From an uncultured delta proteobacterium (GTDB lineage: Bacteria > Desulfobacterota > Binatia > UBA9968), in NCBI GenBank assembly GCA_963816145.1, contig CAWFJP010000030.1, forward strand, positions 512,001-576,000: a stretch of 64,000 nucleotides of DNA, written 5' to 3'. Every line of letters starts with the position of its first letter. Within the stretch, counting starts at the first letter, position 1. The notes beneath the pieces are model-generated. The model did no database searches and was not told where the DNA came from. It worked only from the letters and a program-made list of their open reading frames with translations. Below, in pieces: positions 57,181-64,000 of this stretch. The translations under genes were made by a program, and so were the position numbers.

Positions 57181-59091
57181 ATGTCCGAAGCACCGCCGTT
57201 CAGTCTGCTCACCGCCCATGACAGCTACCTTTTCAATGAAGGCAGCCACTTTCGCCTCTACGACAAATTGGGCGCCCGAACGGTCCATGAGGGTGGAACC
57301 AGCGGCACCTATTTCGCCGTCTGGGCGCCCAATGCCGAGCGGGTTTCGCTCATCGGCGAATTCAACGGCTGGAACCGAACCAGTCACCCACTTAACGCCA
57401 AAGGCCAGACCGGTATCTGGGAAACCTTTCTACCGGGCGTCGGCAAGGGCGCACTCTACAAATTTCACATCGAGTCGCGCTTCAACGGCTACCGCGCCGA
57501 CAAGTCCGATCCATTCTCCCTGTTCAACGAGATTCCGCCCAAAAATGCATCGATCGTTTGGGATCTCGATTATGATTGGAACGATCAGCAATGGCTCGCC
57601 GGCCGCAAGCAGCGTAACGCTCTCGACAAGCCAATGGCGATCTATGAAATGCACCTGGGCTCGTGGCGGCGCGTCGCCGGCGAAGGCAACCGCTCGCTTT
57701 CCTACCGCGAGCTGGCGCCGCTGCTCGCCGACTACGTCGAATATCTCGGCTACACCCATGTCGAACTGTTGCCGGTGATGGACCATCCGTTCTTCGGCTC
57801 CTGGGGTTATCAAATCACCGGGTACTTCGCGCCATCGGGAAATTTCGGCACGCCGCAGGATTTGATGTACCTGATCGACACCCTGCATCAACGCGGCATC
57901 GGCGTCATCCTCGACTGGGTGCCGTCCCACTTCCCGAGCGACGAGCATGGCCTCGGCTACTTCGACGGCACCCATCTCTACGAACATGCCGACCCGCGCC
58001 AGGGTTATCATCCAGACTGGAAGAGCTACATTTTCAACTACGGGCGGCACGAGGTGCAGAGCTTTCTGATCAGCAACGCGCTGTTCTGGCTCGACAAGTA
58101 TCACATCGACAGTTTGCGCGTCGACGCCGTCGCCTCCATGCTCTATCTCGATTACGCGCGCAAGCACGGCGAGTGGATTCCCAATCAATACGGCGGCCGG
58201 GAGAATCTCGAGGCCATCGACTTTCTGCGCCGCTTCAACCATGTGATCTACGAGAATTATCCCGATAGCCAAACCATCGCCGAAGAGTCCACCGACTGGC
58301 CGATGGTGTCGCGGCCGACCCACTTGGGCGGTCTCGGCTTCGGTCTCAAATGGGACATGGGCTGGATGCACGACACGTTGGAATACTTTCGCAAAGATCC
58401 GGTGCACCGGCGCTACCATCAAAGAAATCTCAGCTTTCGCATGCTCTACGCCTTTCACGAAAACTTCGTCCTGCCGCTATCGCACGACGAATCGGTGTAC
58501 GGCAAAGGCTCGCTTTTGGAGAAAATGGCCGGCGACGATTGGCAGAAGTTCGCCAACCTGCGCGCGCTCTACGGTTACATGTATGCCCAGCCGGGCAAGA
58601 AACTGCTGTTCATGGGCGGCGAATTCGCCCAGCGGCGGGAGTGGGTCCATGATTCCAGTCTCGATTGGGAACTGCTCGACTATCCCGCCCACGCCGGCGT
58701 GCAGCGCTGGGTGCGCGACTTGAATCAGCTCTACCGCGAAGAGCCGGCGCTCCATGAACGCGACTGCGACCCCGCGGGGTTCGAATGGATCGATTGCGAT
58801 GACGCGGAGAGCAGTGTCGTGAGCTTGCTGCGCAAGGGTCAATCGACCGCGGCCCTGGTAGTGGCCGTGTGCAACTTCACGCCCGTGCCGCGCTGGGGTT
58901 ATCGCCTCGGTGTGCCGCGCGCCGGCTTCTGGCGCGAGGCCTTGAATAGCGACGCAGTCGAATACGGCGGCAGCGGCGTCGGCAATCTCGGCGGCCTCGA
59001 GACTGAACCGGTGGCGCACCATGGCCGGCCTTGGTCCTTGGTGCTGACCTTGCCGCCATTGTCGGTAATGTTTTTCACCAACATTCTGTAA
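57181..59091 (+). CDS. glgB: 1,4-alpha-glucan branching enzyme (GH13)
   Basis: FAVWAPNA; SWGYQ; [13 protein letters not shown]; IAEEST; LPLSHDE. Confidence 0.96.
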   Translation: MSEAPPFSLLTAHDSYLFNEGSHFRLYDKLGARTVHEGGTSGTYFAVWAPNAERVSLIGEFNGWNRTSHPLNAKGQTGIWETFLPGVGKGALYKFHIESRFNGYRADKSDPFSLFNEIPPKNASIVWDLDYDWNDQQWLAGRKQRNALDKPMAIYEMHLGSWRRVAGEGNRSLSYRELAPLLADYVEYLGYTHVELLPVMDHPFFGSWGYQITGYFAPSGNFGTPQDLMYLIDTLHQRGIGVILDWVPSHFPSDEHGLGYFDGTHLYEHADPRQGYHPDWKSYIFNYGRHEVQSFLISNALFWLDKYHIDSLRVDAVASMLYLDYARKHGEWIPNQYGGRENLEAIDFLRRFNHVIYENYPDSQTIAEESTDWPMVSRPTHLGGLGFGLKWDMGWMHDTLEYFRKDPVHRRYHQRNLSFRMLYAFHENFVLPLSHDESVYGKGSLLEKMAGDDWQKFANLRALYGYMYAQPGKKLLFMGGEFAQRREWVHDSSLDWELLDYPAHAGVQRWVRDLNQLYREEPALHERDCDPAGFEWIDCDDAESSVVSLLRKGQSTAALVVAVCNFTPVPRWGYRLGVPRAGFWREALNSDAVEYGGSGVGNLGGLETEPVAHHGRPWSLVLTLPPLSVMFFTNIL

Positions 59092-59107
59092 TTCATCTTC
59101 GCTAACG

Positions 59108-60547
59108 ATGAAGATCGCCATGATCGCTTCCGAGGCCGGCCCCTTCGCCAAGACCGGCGGCCTGGCCGATGTCCTGGGTACGCTGTCTCCGGCCATCGAG
59201 CGGCTCGGTGACCAAGTCACGGTGATTCTCCCGGCTTACCGCAGCGTGCTCCGGGGCGAGTTTGCACTGCAAGAGACCGGCATGACGCTGTCAGTACCGG
59301 TGTCTGCTCGCCAGGAACAAGCGGCGGTGCTGCGGACGTCCATCGGCAAATCGGTCACCGTCTATCTGGTTCGCGCCGATAAGTATTTCGACCGGGATTT
59401 TCTATATGGCACGCCGACCCAGGACTATACCGACAATGCCGAACGCTTTGTCTTCTTCTGCCGCGCCGCATTGGAAATCCTCGCCGCCGAGCCGGTCGAC
59501 ATCCTCCACGCCCATGACTGGCAAGCCGCTTTGACCCTTGTGTTTTTGAAGACCCAAGCGCCGCGCTATCGCGCCACCGCGGGTGCGAAGACCGTATTCA
59601 CCGTCCATAACCTGGCCTTCCAAGGAATCTTCTCGCCGCTCGATTGGCATCTGTTGAATCTCGAGAGCGCATTTTTCACGCCGCAGTTCTTGGAGTACTA
59701 CGGCAACATTAACTTTCTGAAAGGCGCCCTGGTTTTTGCCGACAAGCTTACGACGGTGAGCCCGACCTACGCCCAGGAGATCATGACGCCGGAACAAGGA
59801 TTCGGACTCGAGGGCGTGCTGCGCCAGCGCGCCGGTGATTTGGTGGGAATCTTGAACGGCATCAACGACAGCCAGTGGAATCCCTGGACCGATCCTCTGA
59901 TCAAGCATCACTACGGTGGGAACAGCTTGACGACCAAGCGCAGATGCAAGACAGCGCTGCGTCAACAGGTCGGCCTGCCGGATAAGCCCGATACCCCCAT
60001 CGTCGCGATGATTTCCCGGCTGACCGCCCAAAAGGGCCTCGATCTGGTTGAAACAGGCTTTCCCGAGCTGATGGAACGGGAACTCCAATTCATTCTACTT
60101 GGCAACGGCGAGCCGCGCTATGAACAGTTTTTTCGCGCTGCCGCGCTCCAGTATCCCGAGCGTGTCGCCGTTCGCATCGGCTTCGACGAACGGTTGGCGC
60201 ACGAGATCGAAGCCGGCGCCGACTTATTCTTGATGCCGTCGCATTTCGAACCCTGCGGTTTGAATCAAATGTTCAGTTTAAAATACGGCACGATTCCCAT
60301 CGTCCGCGCCGTCGGCGGCTTGAAAGACTCCGTCCAGGACTACGATCCGGAAAACAACTCGGGCACCGGATTGGTTTTCACCGACTACAATGCGGCGGCC
60401 ATGCTCGCGGCCATCGATCGCGGCCTCTCGGCCTATGACGACAAGAAGAATTGGACGGCTTTGCGCCGCCGCGCCATGGCGATGGATTTCTCTTGGGAGC
60501 GCTCGGCGCAACTCTACCGGGATCTGTACAGAACACTTGTACCGTAA
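59108..60547 (+). CDS. glgA: Glycogen synthase
   Basis: KTGGLADV; HAHDWQ; FEPCGLNQ; VGGLKD. Confidence 0.96.
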   Translation: MKIAMIASEAGPFAKTGGLADVLGTLSPAIERLGDQVTVILPAYRSVLRGEFALQETGMTLSVPVSARQEQAAVLRTSIGKSVTVYLVRADKYFDRDFLYGTPTQDYTDNAERFVFFCRAALEILAAEPVDILHAHDWQAALTLVFLKTQAPRYRATAGAKTVFTVHNLAFQGIFSPLDWHLLNLESAFFTPQFLEYYGNINFLKGALVFADKLTTVSPTYAQEIMTPEQGFGLEGVLRQRAGDLVGILNGINDSQWNPWTDPLIKHHYGGNSLTTKRRCKTALRQQVGLPDKPDTPIVAMISRLTAQKGLDLVETGFPELMERELQFILLGNGEPRYEQFFRAAALQYPERVAVRIGFDERLAHEIEAGADLFLMPSHFEPCGLNQMFSLKYGTIPIVRAVGGLKDSVQDYDPENNSGTGLVFTDYNAAAMLAAIDRGLSAYDDKKNWTALRRRAMAMDFSWERSAQLYRDLYRTLVP

Positions 60548-60568
60548 CGAAAGGTTGGAGCAAGAAGA

Positions 60569-61819
60569 ATGATGTACGTGCTAGGTGTAGTCATGGCCGG
60601 CGGTCGCGGCGAGCGGCTCTATCCCCTGACCCAGCATCGGGCCAAGCCCGCCGTCCCCTTCGGCGGCCGTTATCGGATTATCGATTTCGTGCTGTCGAAC
60701 TTTGTCAACTCGGGCATCTTATCGATTTACGTCGTTACCCAATTCAAGGCGCAATCGCTCCTCGAACACCTCGACCGCGGCTGGCGGGCGACGGACTTCT
60801 TGGGCGACCATTTCATCACGCCGGTGCCGGCGCAAATGCGCTCGGGCGACGACTGGTACCAGGGCACCGCCGATTCGGTCTATCAGAACCTCTATTTGCT
60901 CGAACGGCACAAACCGACCTTGGTGGCGGTCTTCGGCGCCGACCATATTTATCGCATGAATATCCGGCAAATGATCGACGAGCATAGAAACAAATCGGCC
61001 GAAGTCACCGTCGCGGCGATTCCCGTGAAGCTCCAAGAGGCCTCGCAATTCGGCGTCATCGAAATCGACGCCGATTGGCGCATTGTCGGTTTCGAGGAAA
61101 AGCCCAAAGAACCCAAAGCGATTCCCGGTGAACCCGACTATGCACTGGTGTCGATGGGCAACTATCTTTTCAACAATGAAGTTCTCGTCGATGCCTTGAA
61201 AGCCGACGCCGCCAATCCCGCGAGCAACCATGACTTCGGCCGCGACCTGCTGCCGGGCTTTATCAATAACGGCCGCATGTTCGCCTATGATTTTCGCCAG
61301 AACTACGTGCCCAACCCGTCCAAGGGCGAGGAACACAGCTATTGGCGCGACTTGGGCACCATAGAAGCCTACTACGACGCCAGCATGGACCTTTGCTCCA
61401 TCGATCCGTCGTTCAACTTATACAACCGCGCCTGGCCGCTGCGCACCGTCGGCTACGCCGACCCGCCGGCAAAATTCGTCTTCGATTGGCCCGACCGCAG
61501 AGGCATGGCGGTCGATTCGGTGGTCGCCGAAGGCACGATCATCAGCGGCAGCGATGTCCACAACAGCATTATTGGGCGCAACGTGCGCATCCATAGCTAC
61601 AGCCATATCGAAAATTCGGTCATCATGGACTGGGTGGAGATCGGCCGGAACTGCCGCATACGCAATGCCATCATCGACAAGGCCAACGTGATTCCATCCG
61701 GCACGGAAATCGGCTACGACTTGGAGAAAGATCGCGAACGCCACTTCGTGTCGCCGACCGGCATCGTCGTTCTCGGCCGCGGCCCGCGTAAAACCACCTG
61801 GATCATGAACAACCCCTAG
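60569..61819 (+). CDS. glgC: Glucose-1-phosphate adenylyltransferase
   Basis: AGGRGERL; RAKPAVPFGG; WYQGTADS; FEEKP; SMGNY. Confidence 0.96.
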   Translation: MMYVLGVVMAGGRGERLYPLTQHRAKPAVPFGGRYRIIDFVLSNFVNSGILSIYVVTQFKAQSLLEHLDRGWRATDFLGDHFITPVPAQMRSGDDWYQGTADSVYQNLYLLERHKPTLVAVFGADHIYRMNIRQMIDEHRNKSAEVTVAAIPVKLQEASQFGVIEIDADWRIVGFEEKPKEPKAIPGEPDYALVSMGNYLFNNEVLVDALKADAANPASNHDFGRDLLPGFINNGRMFAYDFRQNYVPNPSKGEEHSYWRDLGTIEAYYDASMDLCSIDPSFNLYNRAWPLRTVGYADPPAKFVFDWPDRRGMAVDSVVAEGTIISGSDVHNSIIGRNVRIHSYSHIENSVIMDWVEIGRNCRIRNAIIDKANVIPSGTEIGYDLEKDRERHFVSPTGIVVLGRGPRKTTWIMNNP

Positions 61820-61875
61820 TCAGAGCCACGCTTCGGCAGAGCGCCATCATGGCATGCCGCCACATGAGTCGAACC

Positions 61876-64000
61876 ATGGAACGCTACATCTGCATACACG
61901 GCCACTTCTACCAACCACCCCGGGAGAATCCCTGGCTTGAAGCCATCGAGCTGCAAGATTCTGCCTACCCCTACCATGACTGGAATGAACGCATCACCGC
62001 GGAATGCTATGCACCCAACTCGGTGGCGCGCATCGTCGATGGCGACAATCGCATCATCAAGCTGATCAACAACTACGCCCGTATCAGTTTTAACTTCGGC
62101 CCGACCTTACTGTCATGGCTCGAGGACAAAGCACCGGAAGTTTATGCGGCAATCCTCGACGCCGACCGTGACAGCCGGCAGCGTTTCTCCGGCCATGGCT
62201 CAGCGCTGGCGCAAGTCTACAATCATATGATCATGCCGCTGGCCAACAGCCGCGACCGCAAGACCCAGATCCGCTGGGGTATCGGCGATTTTACCAAGCG
62301 TTTCCAACGCGCGCCGGAAGGCATGTGGCTGGCGGAAACCGCCGTCGACATCGAAACATTGGAGCTGCTCGCCGAAGCGGATATCCGCTTTGTCATTTTA
62401 GCGCCGCACCAGGCCGCCCGGGTCCGGCCCATCGGCGAGCGCCAATGGCAAGTGATCAACGGCGAAGTCATCGATCCCAGCCGGGCCTATCGCCAGGCGC
62501 TGCCCTCGGGCCGCACCATCGCGCTGTTTTTTTATGACGCGCCGATCGCCCGCGCGGTCGCCTTCGAAGGCGTGTTGTCCCAGGGCGAACGCTTCGTCGA
62601 CAAACTCATGGGCGGCTTTTCCGATGGGCGGGATTGGCCGCAGCTGGTGCATATCGCCACCGATGGTGAGAGCTATGGCCATCATCATAGATTCGGCGAC
62701 ATGACGCTGGCCTACGCCCTAGACCAGATCGAGACCAAACAGCCGGCGCGCCTAACCAACTACGGCGAGTTTCTCGAAAAACATCCACCGGTTTTCGAGG
62801 TCGAAATAGCAGAGAAGACTTCCTGGAGTTGCGCCCACGGCATTGGACGCTGGTGGAGCGACTGCGGTTGCAACTCGGGCGCCAACCCCGGTTGGAACCA
62901 AAAATGGCGCACGCCGCTGCGCAACGCCCTCGACGGCCTGCGCGATGCGGTCCTGCCCCTCTGGCAACAGCGGGCTGCGGAGTTTTTCAAAAACATTTGG
63001 TTCGCCCGGGACTCCTATATCGAGGTCATCCTCGATCGTTCGGCCCGATCCACTAAGCGATTTTTCGACCGCCACGCAGCCCGGCCATTGACCGGCGCGG
63101 AAAAAATTGAAGCCCTCAAGCTGCTCGAGCTGCAGCGCCATTTGTTGCTCATGTACACCAGCTGCGGCTGGTTTTTTGACGATATCACCGGCATCGAGAC
63201 CGTCCAGGTGATACAATTCGCCGGCCGCGCCGTACAACTAGCCGAAGAACTCTTCGGCAACGCTTATGAAGAGCGCTTCATCGAGCGGCTCGCCAGCGCG
63301 CGCAGCAATCTGCCGGATCACGGTCGACGGCAAAGAAATCTACGACAAACTCGTCCGCTCCGCCCGGGTCGACTGGGAGCGGGTCGGCGCGCATTATGCC
63401 GTGAGTTCGTTATTTAATGCGATGCCCGACCACGCCAAAGTTTATTGCTACCGCGCCGAGCGAAAAAATCTGCAGACTTTCGTCGCCGGCAAGGCTAAAC
63501 TAGCGGTGGGCGACGTCTTACTCAGCTCCGAAATCACCGGCGAGACTACCGCGCTCAGTTTCGGCGCCCTTCATTTAGGCGATCACAACGTCAACGGCGG
63601 CGTGCGGCCCTCCCTTGGCGAGGCCATCGAGAGCTACCTCGTCCGCGAATTGGCCGAGCCGTTCATGCGTGCCGATTTCGCCGAAGTCCTTCGGCTCATG
63701 GACCGCCGCTTCGGTGAATCGAACTATTCGCTTGCGCTCGCTGTTCCACGACGAGCAGCGCAAATTGATCGAAAAAATTTTGCAGGCCGCGCTTGCGGAA
63801 ACCGAAACGTTTTACCGGCAGATATACGATCAGCGCGCGCCACTCCTGCGATTTCTCAATAGCTTGAACATGCCGCCACCGAGGGCGCTGCGCGGTCCTG
63901 CCGAATTGGTTATCAATGGCGACCTGCGCCGACCAACTGGAGCAGGACGAGATCGACATCGAGCGGGTAAAACAGTTACTCGCCGCGGCAGCCGCCGAGT
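61876..64000 (+). CDS. Glycoside hydrolase family 57 / DUF3536 protein, three +1 frameshifts, runs off the window end
   Basis: HGHFYQPPRENPW; GMWLAET; ATDGESYGHH; MYTSCGWFFD; removing one base at about 63322, 63732 and 63930 gives a continuous frame. Confidence 0.85.

Overview
GC-rich bacterial chromosomal window. The gene content (many orphan NitT/TauT and Fe/polyamine-type solute-binding proteins, amidohydrolases, phthalate/LigX-type Rieske oxygenases) and the repeat-filled intergenic spacers resemble Candidatus Binatia or related deltaproteobacterial genomes; this is inference only. Main blocks: an aromatic-catabolism-like cluster (1.7-9.8 kb); an accessory islet (9.7-12.3 kb) with intact higA, decayed higB, a 100-bp duplication and an integron-type gene-cassette array (canonical attC sites, a brnTA cassette, an ORF-less nested-attC cassette, a HExxH-protein cassette, an attI-like site, no integrase in the window); a protease-MoxR-DUF58-VWA operon; envelope and housekeeping genes; a Rieske/SBP/Rieske/SBP/permease operon; selA-selB-selD, where selD has an in-frame UGA plus SECIS hairpin (selenoprotein, truncated in the ORF track); and a glycogen cluster malQ-glgB-glgA-glgC-GH57. 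Also notable are a 69-aa classical C2H2 zinc-finger protein behind a sigma-54-type promoter and at least nine families of short intergenic repeats. Several single-base frameshifts look like sequencing errors. No rRNA, tRNA or CRISPR array was found. All calls come from reading the sequence; no database search was run.
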